The notes below the pieces were generated by a model, which saw only the letters and a list, made by a program, of their open reading frames with translations, did not search any database and had not been told where the DNA came from. This document shows positions 8,407 through 18,263 of a DNA stretch of 64,000 nucleotides, piece by piece; the first letter of the stretch is position 1, and the number at the start of each line of letters is the position of its first letter. This stretch comes from an uncultured virus (IMG/VR IMGVR_UViG_3300001344_000002). Taxonomy: Duplodnaviria > Heunggongvirae > Uroviricota > Caudoviricetes. The DNA lies in the IMG/VR virus record IMGVR_UViG_3300001344_000002, one strand, 5' to 3'. Both the position numbers and the translations under genes were made by a program.

Positions 8407-8450
8407 AGTAACTGTATTAATTAATCAAAGATACAAAAAAGAAATAGAAT

Positions 8451-9140
8451 ATGAATAATAACTTAATAGAAATTGACATAGAACAATTAAGAAATGATGT
8501 CAATAATAAATTAGAAGATTCAGGATGGGCACCTATGCTCTCACCATTTATAAATGGACTTGAGTTTGATATGATCATGAATAAACTAGTAGAATGTGTA
8601 AATGCAGAGAAAAGATTTACACCAAGATTTAAAGATATATTTAATGCATTCTTAGAATGTCCATATGATGAACTTAAATGTATAATCATAGGGCAAGATC
8701 CATATCCTCAGCTTGGAGTTGCAGATGGTATAGCTTTTAGCTGTAGCAGAAAAGGTAAAGCAGAAAAGTCTTTACAATACATAAACAAAGCAATTGGTAC
8801 AGACCACACTGATCTAAGGTGTTGGGCTAACCAGGGTGTATTATTAATTAATACAGCTTTTACAGTAGAGATAAATTCTATAGGGTCACATTATTCTATA
8901 TGGAAACCATTTACAGAATACTTGTTTGAAAATATAAATAGACACAATAAACAAGTACCATCTATATTAATGGGTAAGAAAGCAGAAGCATGGCAACTAC
9001 TATTAGATAGACAAAAAATATTTAAGGTAGCACACCCGGCATCAGCTGCATATAGAGGTGGTGAATGGGACTGTAAAGATGTCTTTAACAAAGTTAATAC
9101 AGAACTAGAAAATCAAGATAAACCTTGCATAGATTGGTAA
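8451..9140 (+). CDS. ung: uracil-DNA glycosylase, family 1
   Basis: GQDPY, GIAFS, QGVLLIN and HPAS motifs. Confidence 0.95.
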   Translation: MNNNLIEIDIEQLRNDVNNKLEDSGWAPMLSPFINGLEFDMIMNKLVECVNAEKRFTPRFKDIFNAFLECPYDELKCIIIGQDPYPQLGVADGIAFSCSRKGKAEKSLQYINKAIGTDHTDLRCWANQGVLLINTAFTVEINSIGSHYSIWKPFTEYLFENINRHNKQVPSILMGKKAEAWQLLLDRQKIFKVAHPASAAYRGGEWDCKDVFNKVNTELENQDKPCIDW

Positions 9141-9147
9141 ATTTTAC

Positions 9148-9155
9148 TATCTTTG
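9148..9155 (+). promoter_or_regulatory. Bacteroidota sigma-70 promoter
   Basis: TATCTTTG with TTG at 9125-9127 (20-nt spacer). Confidence 0.6.
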
Positions 9156-9177
9156 ATAACCTTTAATTATAATATAA

Positions 9178-9693
9178 ATGTCTGATAATCAAGAACTTAA
9201 CCAGAAGAAACAAATTTCAGAATTTAAGAAGTCTTTTTATTTAAGTCATGGGATTAAATTGTATATTTACACCCCTCAAGATCAAAACAAAAAGATCCCA
9301 TTAGGTATATTTCATGACAGTGCTTTACTTGCATTACATGAAAATCATCCTAAGTTTCAGAGTATCAAAACTCTACAACACAGGACTAGATTGAGGGAGT
9401 TTCTTGTATACGTTCAAGTTATGTCATACTTGGCTCATAAAGAAGGGCATACTAAAACAAGTATAGGTAGATTTTTAAAACGCAATCATGCAACCATCAT
9501 TAATTCATGTAAAATGATTGAGAATGGATTTTTTACTAATGATGAATCTGTAATGAATGCATATAATAACACTTTAATAAAAATAAAAGAATATGTGGGA
9601 ACTATTTCAGAAAATACTGATGATGAAGATAACACCAAACCAAGCCCTAATACTGTTTGGGATGAAGCAAGGCGTATCCTTACCAAATGTTAA
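9178..9693 (+). CDS. DnaA C-terminal (domain IV)-like HTH protein
   Basis: TSIGRFLKRNHATIINSCK resembles the DnaA signature IGxxFxxRDHTTVxHA. Confidence 0.55.
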   Translation: MSDNQELNQKKQISEFKKSFYLSHGIKLYIYTPQDQNKKIPLGIFHDSALLALHENHPKFQSIKTLQHRTRLREFLVYVQVMSYLAHKEGHTKTSIGRFLKRNHATIINSCKMIENGFFTNDESVMNAYNNTLIKIKEYVGTISENTDDEDNTKPSPNTVWDEARRILTKC

Positions 9694-10183
9694 GTCTGAA
9701 GATAAAGAAAAGTTAATTGAAAAAGGTTTATTAATAAAAGAAGAAAACCAATATAAAATGACTGCTGAAGCTAAAGCATTTTGTGCTAGGCTTGATAACT
9801 ATTTTGTTAAAGCAAAGAAAAAAACTGATATACAACTCATGGGTAAGGACTTTAATGATAAGATCCACACATACAGAGAGATATTTCCAGCAAGGAAACT
9901 ACCAAGCGGTAAGCCAGCTAGAAATAATATCAAAGCTTTAGGAGAAAACTTTAGATGGTTTTTTGAAACATATGACTATGGTTGGGATGAGATAATCAAA
10001 GCAACTAAGATGTATGTCAATGAATATAGAGATACAGAATATATGTATATGCAGACAAGTCAATACTTTATATCAAAGCAAGACAAGCATAGGGTTAAAC
10101 ACTCTACATTAGCTGACTATTGTGATATGATTATTGATGGGGTAGAAACAGAAAAAGAACACTTTAAAGAAAACGTTGTATGA
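9593..10183 (+). CDS. hypothetical replication-associated protein
   Basis: ORF coupled to the helicase by an ATGA overlap; start position uncertain. Confidence 0.65.
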   Translation: MWELFQKILMMKITPNQALILFGMKQGVSLPNVKSEDKEKLIEKGLLIKEENQYKMTAEAKAFCARLDNYFVKAKKKTDIQLMGKDFNDKIHTYREIFPARKLPSGKPARNNIKALGENFRWFFETYDYGWDEIIKATKMYVNEYRDTEYMYMQTSQYFISKQDKHRVKHSTLADYCDMIIDGVETEKEHFKENVV

Positions 10184-11133
10184 AAAATAAACCATCATGG
10201 ATTGGGCAATATGCTGCATTTAATGATGCACTTAAATATATGTATGCTAGGTCAACAGGAGAAGAGAAATCAATCTATACTCCGTGGCCTAAGTTTAATG
10301 ATGCTGCCACTGATGGTATAGAATGGAATACTTTGACAGTAATTGGTGGTAGACCTGGTTCAGGTAAGACACTGATTAAGGATCAAATCATTAGAGAATC
10401 ATTTGCTTTAAATCCAAATGATAAGTTTAGAGTATTAGAATTTCAGTTTGAGATGGTAGGCAGAACCTCAGCTATCAGAGAATTTAGTTCTATAACTGGT
10501 AAAACATACAAAGAATTATGTAGTGCAGGATCAATATTAAATACAGATACATTAAATAAATGCCATTTATATGCTAAAGAAAGAGTAAAGCACCCGGTTG
10601 ATATAATTAGTACACCTATGACTGTTAATCAGATGCGTGAGCAAATTGATCAGTATATGACACAGCATAAAGGAGTAAATACAATGATAACACTTGATCA
10701 TACAATGTTAGTCAAGAGAGCACCATACCAGAATAACACATTAGATATGTTATTTGAGTTAGGTGAATTCTTTACACAGTGTAAAAGAGATTATCCTTGT
10801 TTGTTTATTGCTTTATCACAACTAAATAGAAACATAGATAATCCGGACAGGGCTATAGATGGTAAGTATGGTAACTATATACTTGAGTCAGATATATTTG
10901 GCTCAGATGCAATGCTACAGCATGCAGATATGTTAATAGGTATCAACCGCCCAGCTAAACAAAAGATTAGATATTATGGACCAGATAGATATATAATAGA
11001 AAATGATAGAACATTGGTTTTACATTTTCTTAAAGCAAGAAATGGTGATGCACGTATGTCATTTTTCAAAGCTAAGTTTGAACAAATGCAAATAGAAGAA
11101 ATGGCAACACCTCAACAACAAGAACGCAGATGA
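10180..11133 (+). CDS. DnaB-like replicative helicase (C-terminal motor only)
   Basis: GGRPGSGKT, LSQLNR, SDAMLQHAD and KARNG motifs. Confidence 0.9.
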   Translation: MKNKPSWIGQYAAFNDALKYMYARSTGEEKSIYTPWPKFNDAATDGIEWNTLTVIGGRPGSGKTLIKDQIIRESFALNPNDKFRVLEFQFEMVGRTSAIREFSSITGKTYKELCSAGSILNTDTLNKCHLYAKERVKHPVDIISTPMTVNQMREQIDQYMTQHKGVNTMITLDHTMLVKRAPYQNNTLDMLFELGEFFTQCKRDYPCLFIALSQLNRNIDNPDRAIDGKYGNYILESDIFGSDAMLQHADMLIGINRPAKQKIRYYGPDRYIIENDRTLVLHFLKARNGDARMSFFKAKFEQMQIEEMATPQQQERR

Positions 11134-11684
11134 TAAATACTAAAAACTTAAATAACAAAAAAAAGATGGGACTAACACCGCAAGAAAGAAAGCAGAAGGT
11201 TGCATCACTAAGAGAAGAGCATGAAGATTACTTTCAGACAGAAGGAAAGATTAATGCATTATACATACCTAAGATGGCTTACAGGCCAACTGGAAAGGAT
11301 GAGCTACATGTAAGCTTTTTTCCAAGTGAATTTGAAAAAGGAGAAGATATATATACAGAATTTGTATCTATAGATTATGATACAGAAGATCCAAAAAGGA
11401 CACTATATTATCATAAACATAATCCACACTGGCAGGAAGAGTATGAAATCATAACAAGTAATTCAGGATTTCAGAGACACATTATACCTGTTAGTGAACT
11501 AAAGGTTATAAATGATGTAACAAATAGGGGTAAAGCTATAATAGATTTTGCAAATCCAGATTTGCCTAATCCAGATGAAAGCACTGACACTGCTCCCCTC
11601 CTCTCCAATGCAGAGCTGATAAACGCATTATCAGAAATAAATGCAACATTAAATAAATTAATTAACGTAATTCAAAAAAAGTAA
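11130..11684 (+). CDS. hypothetical protein
   Basis: ORF in the replication operon. Confidence 0.7.
   Translation: MINTKNLNNKKKMGLTPQERKQKVASLREEHEDYFQTEGKINALYIPKMAYRPTGKDELHVSFFPSEFEKGEDIYTEFVSIDYDTEDPKRTLYYHKHNPHWQEEYEIITSNSGFQRHIIPVSELKVINDVTNRGKAIIDFANPDLPNPDESTDTAPLLSNAELINALSEINATLNKLINVIQKK
11589..11610 (+). promoter_or_regulatory. repeated motif copy 5 (inside a CDS)
   Basis: ACTGCTCCCCTCCTCTCCAATG, 75 nt before the AAA ATPase gene. Confidence 0.55.
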
Positions 11685-11685
11685 T

Positions 11686-12369
11686 ATGGCAAACAGCGTA
11701 TTAGTAATTGCTGACTCAGGTACAGGAAAGTCTACCTCAATCAGAACATTAAATCCTAAAGAGACTTTCATTATAAACATTGCTAACAAACCATTACCGT
11801 TCCAGGGATGGAAAAGCAAATACACACAAATTAGTAAAGATAACCCAAAAGGTAATCTGACATCAGCTTCATCAAGTGCAGGAATAATAAAAGCAATAAA
11901 GCATGTAGATGAAAAAATGAGCCATATCAAAACATTAGTAGTAGATGATTGGCAGTATATGAGTTCTTTTGAATATTTTGACAGAGCTAATGAGAAAGGT
12001 TATGATAAATTCACTCAGATTGCAGCTAACTTAGCAATGGTTGCAAAACTTCCTAAAGACTTGAGAGAAGATTTGACTATCATTTTCTTAACTCACTCAG
12101 AAGATTCAACTGATATAAATGGAAATAGAAAAGTTAAAGCAAAAACTATTGGCAAAATGATTGACAATACACTAACTTTAGAAGGACTATTCTCTATAGT
12201 ATTATTTGGTAAAGTAAATAAAAATGATGATGGTGAACTTGAATATGGTTTTGAAACTCAAAACAATGGAGAGAACACATGTAAATCACCTATGGGTATG
12301 TTTGAGGATAAGTTTATTCCAAATGACCTACAATTTGTAAAAGATTGTATTGAAAAATATAATCAATAA
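11686..12369 (+). CDS. AAA_24/Sak4-like ATPase (recombinase)
   Basis: ADSGTGKST Walker A, VVDD Walker B and KSPMGMF. Confidence 0.8.
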   Translation: MANSVLVIADSGTGKSTSIRTLNPKETFIINIANKPLPFQGWKSKYTQISKDNPKGNLTSASSSAGIIKAIKHVDEKMSHIKTLVVDDWQYMSSFEYFDRANEKGYDKFTQIAANLAMVAKLPKDLREDLTIIFLTHSEDSTDINGNRKVKAKTIGKMIDNTLTLEGLFSIVLFGKVNKNDDGELEYGFETQNNGENTCKSPMGMFEDKFIPNDLQFVKDCIEKYNQ

Positions 12370-12394
12370 TTAATAATTAATAAAAAAGTAAATT

Positions 12395-13066
12395 ATGTTA
12401 AGTACTAAAGACATGTCTGCCGGATCAGGTAGCATCAAACCAGTTATTGGAGTGGGTAACCACAAAATCAAAATCAATTCTATTACATTTGACCAAACAC
12501 CTTATGATTCAGATGCATATAATATTACATTACATGTAGAGTCTGAGCCTGTTACTGGAGAATTTAATGGTTTCTTAAAAGATATGAATAATCCTAATGG
12601 TGAGCGTTATGCAGGCCAAGTAGGTAGAGTTAGATTCTCACCATATCCATTTAAAGATGCAACATTAGCAAATGGTAATGAGATTAGCCGTGATACTGAA
12701 GTATTAAAAGCTATGGTATTTTTATCTGAAGTAGTAGGTAAAAGAAATGAGCTTGATGCTATTGAGGCAAATACAATTGAAGACTTTATGGTTAAGGCTG
12801 CTAATGTATGTTCTGAAACAGGATATATCAATGCTTGCTTAGGTGCACGTGAGTGGGAAAACAAAGAAGGTTATGTAAATAATGACTTGTTTTTACCTAA
12901 GAGAAGTAAAGATGGTATGCCATTAGAAGAGTTAGATAAAGAAAGCTCTAACCTATTAACATTTGATAGAAATAATACAAATCATTTTAGACCTTATTTA
13001 AAGAAAGAAACAACAGCTTCAAATTTTGAGCCTGCAACAGCTTCTGGAAGTGACTTTGATCTGTAA
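12395..13066 (+). CDS. putative single-stranded DNA-binding protein
   Basis: Follows the Sak4-like gene; beta-rich; ends SGSDFDL. Confidence 0.5.
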   Translation: MLSTKDMSAGSGSIKPVIGVGNHKIKINSITFDQTPYDSDAYNITLHVESEPVTGEFNGFLKDMNNPNGERYAGQVGRVRFSPYPFKDATLANGNEISRDTEVLKAMVFLSEVVGKRNELDAIEANTIEDFMVKAANVCSETGYINACLGAREWENKEGYVNNDLFLPKRSKDGMPLEELDKESSNLLTFDRNNTNHFRPYLKKETTASNFEPATASGSDFDL

Positions 13067-13081
13067 TATAAAACCAAAAGA

Positions 13082-13116
13082 GTGGGCTCAGTATAATGCT
13101 GGGCCCATATCTTTTT
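13082..13116 (+). terminator. intrinsic terminator
   Basis: TGGGCTCAG/CTGGGCCCA stem followed by a T-tract. Confidence 0.7.
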
Positions 13117-13130
13117 AATATATTTGGATT

Positions 13131-14108
13131 ATGTTCAGCACTAAAAATTTAATATTAGAAGAAACAGACGTACCAAGTTACTGGGTGTTTCAGTATTATC
13201 TAGACTTACCTGAACAGCTAACAGGTCAAGACATTAAGATTAATTCAATATTTAATCCTAATGACAAGACTCCAAGCTTTTGCATATACGTGGATAAAAC
13301 CATAATGCAATATAAGTTTAAAGACTTTTCTACAGGTATTGGAGGTAACAAGTCAGACTTAATTAGACACATGTTTAAGTTGGGTTATCCTCAGGCTACA
13401 AGAAGAATAATAGAAGATTACAATAAGTATATACAGGAAAATGGTAAAGTCAGTGTTGAGTTTGTGCCTCAGGCTAAATGGGAGATTGACTTTATAAAGT
13501 ATAGAAAATGGAATCAGGATGATGCTAATTACTGGCTATCATATAGAATAGGCAAAACATTATTAGATCAGTATAATGTAAAGCCAATAGAATATTTTAA
13601 TATGATTAAGCAAGATGCATTGGAAATAGAATCTTTAAAGATTGGAAGCAAACATTGCTATGGTTACTTTGATAGAAATGGTGAAGTATATAAAATATAT
13701 CAGCCTCATAGTAAAAAGCATAAGTTTCATAAAGTAAAGAACTATATCCAGGGAATAGATCAGCTGCAGTATAAAGAACCTTACTTGGTGATTTGCTCAT
13801 CTCTTAAAGATGCAATGTGTTTAAAAGGTATGGGTTATAACCTAGAAGTTATTAGTCCAGACTCTGAGAACACTATGATTAAACCCCATATCATAGCAAA
13901 TCTTAAGAAAAAGTACAAAAGTATAATAACGTTGTTTGATAATGATGATGCAGGTAAACATGCAGTTAAAAGATATGCAGATGCATATAATATAAATGGA
14001 TGTACACCAACTATATGCAAAGACATATCAGATGCTATGGTAGAAATAGGATTTGATAAGACACATGCTATGCTAAAACCATTATTAAAAACAACATTAA
14101 ATAAATAA
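13131..14108 (+). CDS. DNA primase (Toprim)
   Basis: SSLKD, LFDNDDAG and KDISD Toprim motifs; N-terminal DKTPSF...FKDF. Confidence 0.85.
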   Translation: MFSTKNLILEETDVPSYWVFQYYLDLPEQLTGQDIKINSIFNPNDKTPSFCIYVDKTIMQYKFKDFSTGIGGNKSDLIRHMFKLGYPQATRRIIEDYNKYIQENGKVSVEFVPQAKWEIDFIKYRKWNQDDANYWLSYRIGKTLLDQYNVKPIEYFNMIKQDALEIESLKIGSKHCYGYFDRNGEVYKIYQPHSKKHKFHKVKNYIQGIDQLQYKEPYLVICSSLKDAMCLKGMGYNLEVISPDSENTMIKPHIIANLKKKYKSIITLFDNDDAGKHAVKRYADAYNINGCTPTICKDISDAMVEIGFDKTHAMLKPLLKTTLNK

Positions 14109-14110
14109 TT

Positions 14111-14515
14111 ATGACAAAAATAAGATGGTGGATACCAGGCAATGTTCCCTCAAGTAAAAACGGTAGGCGTTGGACAGGTAAATATTTTATTGCTAGCAAA
14201 GCTGTAATGAATTATAGAAAGGCTACCAAAGATATATATGCTAAGTATGCTGAGGATTTTAAAGCTGAAGTTGCTAAGAATGATCTACCTGTTAAAGTAT
14301 CATTTGAGTTTATAAGAGGCAGCCGTCATAAGTTTGATTATATTAATCCTGCACAGACAGTACAAGATGATATGGTTAAACACGGATGGATTGAAGATGA
14401 TAATGCTGAGTTTATTATACCAGCATTTGAACAATATTCTTATGATAAAAAAAACCCCGGTGTATGGATAGAATTAATTGAAAATGGCAAAGAAGAGAAT
14501 AATAACAATAGATGA
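14111..14515 (+). CDS. RusA-like Holliday junction resolvase
   Basis: VPSSKN, FDYIN, QDDMVKHGWIEDD. Confidence 0.7.
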   Translation: MTKIRWWIPGNVPSSKNGRRWTGKYFIASKAVMNYRKATKDIYAKYAEDFKAEVAKNDLPVKVSFEFIRGSRHKFDYINPAQTVQDDMVKHGWIEDDNAEFIIPAFEQYSYDKKNPGVWIELIENGKEENNNNR

Positions 14516-14792
14516 GTTTTTTACATATAAAGAAATGTTTTCAGGATTACTTGAAGATAGAGCTTTAGCTTGTGAAATATATAATAATGCAAACTATAAA
14601 GACAAAGACATTATAGATAAGCTTATGGCTAAAGCATTGCTATTTAAAGATCGTGTAGATTTTTGTATAGCAGTAGAGTATAGCTTTGAGATAGGGTCTT
14701 TTAATACAAATAGAGTTTATGCATATATAGAAAAAAGCAAAGCAGATAAAGTTTATATGGACATACTTAGAAAAATAAAAGATAATGATTAA
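14478..14792 (+). CDS. hypothetical protein
   Basis: ORF overlapping both neighbours. Confidence 0.6.
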   Translation: MKMAKKRIITIDEFFTYKEMFSGLLEDRALACEIYNNANYKDKDIIDKLMAKALLFKDRVDFCIAVEYSFEIGSFNTNRVYAYIEKSKADKVYMDILRKIKDND

Positions 14793-15948
14793 CATACAAG
14801 ATCAGGTTGCTAGGACAACCAAAAGTTTAATATTTGCAGAGCCCTTTTACGGGCTCTTTTTAATTGGTATCAATAAAAAGTATAGCATGCAACTGCCTAC
14901 TGCAGGAGTAAGCAAACATAATATTGGATGTCAATTGACTATAAACCCTGAGTTTTATAATAACCTTAGTGAAGATCATAGATTTGGTTTAATTAAGCAT
15001 GAGCTATTGCATATTGCATTTGGTCATCTTATAACTAGAAGTCTATATTCAGATCATAAATTATTTAATATAGCTGCAGATTTAGAAATCAACCAGTACA
15101 TACTGGAAAGTAAACTACCTGAAGGTGGTTTATTACTATCAAGTTTTCCTGAGATAAATTTACCTAGGAAGGCTGGTACGGATAAATACTATGAATTACT
15201 TGAACAGGCACACCAAGATGGTACTTCACCTTCTTTAGATAATCTTATGGATCAGATGAATGGTGAGTCACAATATTGTCATGGTACATGGGATGATTTT
15301 GATTCATTACCTGAAGCTGATAAAAAACTAATGCAAAAACAAATTGAGCATCAGTTAAAAGAATCTGCTGAGCAAACAGTAAAGAAACAAGGTAATATAC
15401 CGGGTGAGTTAGCTGAGCTTATACATAGGCTGATGCATATAGAACCTCCTAAGTTTGATTGGAAAGCTTATCTAAGAAGATTTGCAGGTAACTCTAGTGT
15501 AGTTTATACAAAGAAGCTGAGACGTAAGTATAATAAACGTTATGCAGCTAACCCAGGTCTTAAGATTAAATTTAAGAATCATATACTTGTTGGTGTTGAC
15601 ACAAGCGGATCTGTAAACAATGATGAGCTAAAGGAATTCTTTAGTGAACTTACGCATATGCATAAGACAGGTCATAAGATTACAGTAGCTCAATGTGATA
15701 CTAAACTAAATAGTGTAAAAGAGTTTAATCCAAGAAAGGATTGGGAAATACATGGTCGTGGTGGAACAAGCTTCCAACCAGTAATAGACTACTATAATGA
15801 AAACAAAGGGCAATATACAGCTCTTATATATTTAACAGATGGTGAAGCATATGCTCCAGAGAACTGCCCTAATAATACTTTATGGGTTCATAGTTCTAAC
15901 TGCAGTATAAATGAAGTGTTACCAGGACAGAAAATTCAACTTAATTAA
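14785..15948 (+). CDS. metallopeptidase + vWA domain protein (DUF2201-like)
   Basis: HELLH zincin motif, NIAADLEIN, MIDAS DTSGS, GRGGT and LTDG. Confidence 0.9.
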   Translation: MINIQDQVARTTKSLIFAEPFYGLFLIGINKKYSMQLPTAGVSKHNIGCQLTINPEFYNNLSEDHRFGLIKHELLHIAFGHLITRSLYSDHKLFNIAADLEINQYILESKLPEGGLLLSSFPEINLPRKAGTDKYYELLEQAHQDGTSPSLDNLMDQMNGESQYCHGTWDDFDSLPEADKKLMQKQIEHQLKESAEQTVKKQGNIPGELAELIHRLMHIEPPKFDWKAYLRRFAGNSSVVYTKKLRRKYNKRYAANPGLKIKFKNHILVGVDTSGSVNNDELKEFFSELTHMHKTGHKITVAQCDTKLNSVKEFNPRKDWEIHGRGGTSFQPVIDYYNENKGQYTALIYLTDGEAYAPENCPNNTLWVHSSNCSINEVLPGQKIQLN

Positions 15949-15957
15949 TAAAAGAAA

Positions 15958-17226
15958 ATGGCACAAGTAAATTTAAATGTAACAGAACTAAAAGGATTTG
16001 TAAATCACATTATATCTAATAACAGATATCTTCAAGATAATGGTAAAGGACCAGTATCAGTGGAAGTTGTGGGTGAATCAGGTATAGGTAAAACTTCTAC
16101 AATAGTAGAGCTGGCTAAAGAAAATGATTTAGCATTTGTAAAATTAAACTTAGCACAGATTGAGGAGCTAGGTGATCTTGTAGGTTTCCCTGTAAGACAG
16201 TTTCAGATGTATAAAGAAAAGAAAATAGCAGTAAAGAATAATGACATTGCTATGGTTACAGCAGCACAAAGAGCTGCAGGTGCTAGTCTAGCTAACTTAA
16301 ATCAAACTGTAACCAAGAAAGTTGGTCAATGGGTTGATGAACTTGCTGTACAAGAATATCTTAAACAAGGATATAAAATTACTGGTAAAAATAGAATGTC
16401 TTATTGTGCACCTGAATGGATAGCTGATGCTAAAGAAGGTGGTATACTATTATTAGATGACTGGAATAGAGCTGACACAAGATTTATTCAAGCAGTTATG
16501 GAATTGATAGATAGACAGTCTTATATATCTTGGACACTACCTAAGAACTGGCATATTATATTAACAGCTAACCCGGATAATGGTGACTATATGGTTAACA
16601 GTGTAGATAGTGCACAGAAGACTAGATATGTTACAGCTAATCTTAAGTTTGATGTAAATGTATGGGCTCAGTGGGCAGAAGGTGCAGGTATAGATAGTAG
16701 ATGTATTAACTTTTTATTACTTCATCCTGAATTAGTAACGCAAGAGACTAATGCTAGATCTATAACAACATTCTTTAACTCTATATCAAGCTTTGAATCT
16801 TTTGAAGATAACCTCAGCATGATTCAGATGATTGGTGAGGGTAGTGTTGGAGATGCATTTGCTTCTATGTTTACTACATTCATTAATAACAAGCTAGATA
16901 AACTGGTTACACCTAAAGATTTATTGACACATGATGGAGAACAATATATCTTTAATGAGTTAAGATCTTGTATAGGTAAAGATGATACATATCGTGCAGA
17001 TATTGCATCAACATTAGCTACAAGACTTGGTAATTATGCTGTAGTATATTCACAGGATAATACTATTAACCAGAAAGTAACTGATAGGTTGAAGGCTTTA
17101 TGTACTAAAGATTATTTTACTAATGATCTTAAGTATTTAATTGTACGTACCATCTTTAATGGTAATAAAAAGAAGTTTAACAAATTGATGATGATCCCAG
17201 AGATTGTCCAAATGACAATGAAATAA
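15958..17226 (+). CDS. MoxR-like AAA+ ATPase
   Basis: GESGIGKT, LLLDDWNRA and LTANP; adjacent to the vWA gene. Confidence 0.85.
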   Translation: MAQVNLNVTELKGFVNHIISNNRYLQDNGKGPVSVEVVGESGIGKTSTIVELAKENDLAFVKLNLAQIEELGDLVGFPVRQFQMYKEKKIAVKNNDIAMVTAAQRAAGASLANLNQTVTKKVGQWVDELAVQEYLKQGYKITGKNRMSYCAPEWIADAKEGGILLLDDWNRADTRFIQAVMELIDRQSYISWTLPKNWHIILTANPDNGDYMVNSVDSAQKTRYVTANLKFDVNVWAQWAEGAGIDSRCINFLLLHPELVTQETNARSITTFFNSISSFESFEDNLSMIQMIGEGSVGDAFASMFTTFINNKLDKLVTPKDLLTHDGEQYIFNELRSCIGKDDTYRADIASTLATRLGNYAVVYSQDNTINQKVTDRLKALCTKDYFTNDLKYLIVRTIFNGNKKKFNKLMMIPEIVQMTMK

Positions 17227-17227
17227 A

Positions 17228-18259
17228 ATGGCAAATAAATCAGTATATCAAAATTTTGATACTGATGCTTTAGTATACTTTGGACTAGAGACTGACCCTA
17301 CATATGGGTTAGTTTCTAGTACAGGTATTAATAAAGTATTATGTACTCAAGATCAGACAACATATGAAAAGATAAACACTATACTATTGGAACCTACAGA
17401 GGATGACCAAACTTTTAGAACTAAAAAGAAAGCTTTTATACTACCTAGATGTAATGTATCACAAGATAGATTAAAGGCTGCTCTTAAAGAGCATGGTATA
17501 ACTGTAACAAATGATTATGAATTAGCAGATCTAATTATAGGTCATGAGGAAATAACTACTCATAAATTAAGTAATGCAGAAAATATTCCTACTACAATAA
17601 TGATGAATAAGATATGGAATTATGAAACTACAAAAGGAGATGTTAATAAACTTGGTGTTCTTAAAAAAATTGCTGATTCAGGCCTAGAATGTATTATTAC
17701 AGCCAAGGTTACTGATACAGTAAGATACTATGATATAGACGTAGAAGAAAGCCTATATGATAACTGGATAATTACTGGTATGGCTTTGAATCTGGCTCAT
17801 ATAATTGATACTACAGATGTTAGTGTTATTGATCCTGAGACAGTACTTCATGCGTCTGCTACTAAAATGACTCTTGATGAACAGCTTCTTAATGATCTTA
17901 AGACTCAGTTAAATTCATATGGTGATGATAAAGCTTTGGCTCTTAAAATCATTCCTACTATTGACTATAAGAAAAACTATCATTTATTGTGGCAGTTTGC
18001 ACAAGACTGTAATAGTATAACATATGCAGATAATAGAGATAAAGATTTGCAGTATTGGCTAGATGTATCAAACTTTAATGATTTTTACCGTAAGAGTGCA
18101 CAAGACATGATATTATGGTTAGAGGAGCAAGATAAGCTTGATAAAGTAACATTTAAGTATCTTGAGCCTATAGTAAGAAGAGAAATAAGCATTCACAATA
18201 GAGACCTTTATACGTTTCAAGTGGCTGTTAAAAAAGAGTATCAAAAATATTTAAAATAA
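17228..18259 (+). CDS. hypothetical protein, paralogue of the next ORF (BRCT-like segment)
   Basis: Shares blocks with 18264..19433. Confidence 0.7.
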   Translation: MANKSVYQNFDTDALVYFGLETDPTYGLVSSTGINKVLCTQDQTTYEKINTILLEPTEDDQTFRTKKKAFILPRCNVSQDRLKAALKEHGITVTNDYELADLIIGHEEITTHKLSNAENIPTTIMMNKIWNYETTKGDVNKLGVLKKIADSGLECIITAKVTDTVRYYDIDVEESLYDNWIITGMALNLAHIIDTTDVSVIDPETVLHASATKMTLDEQLLNDLKTQLNSYGDDKALALKIIPTIDYKKNYHLLWQFAQDCNSITYADNRDKDLQYWLDVSNFNDFYRKSAQDMILWLEEQDKLDKVTFKYLEPIVRREISIHNRDLYTFQVAVKKEYQKYLK

Positions 18260-18263
18260 AATT

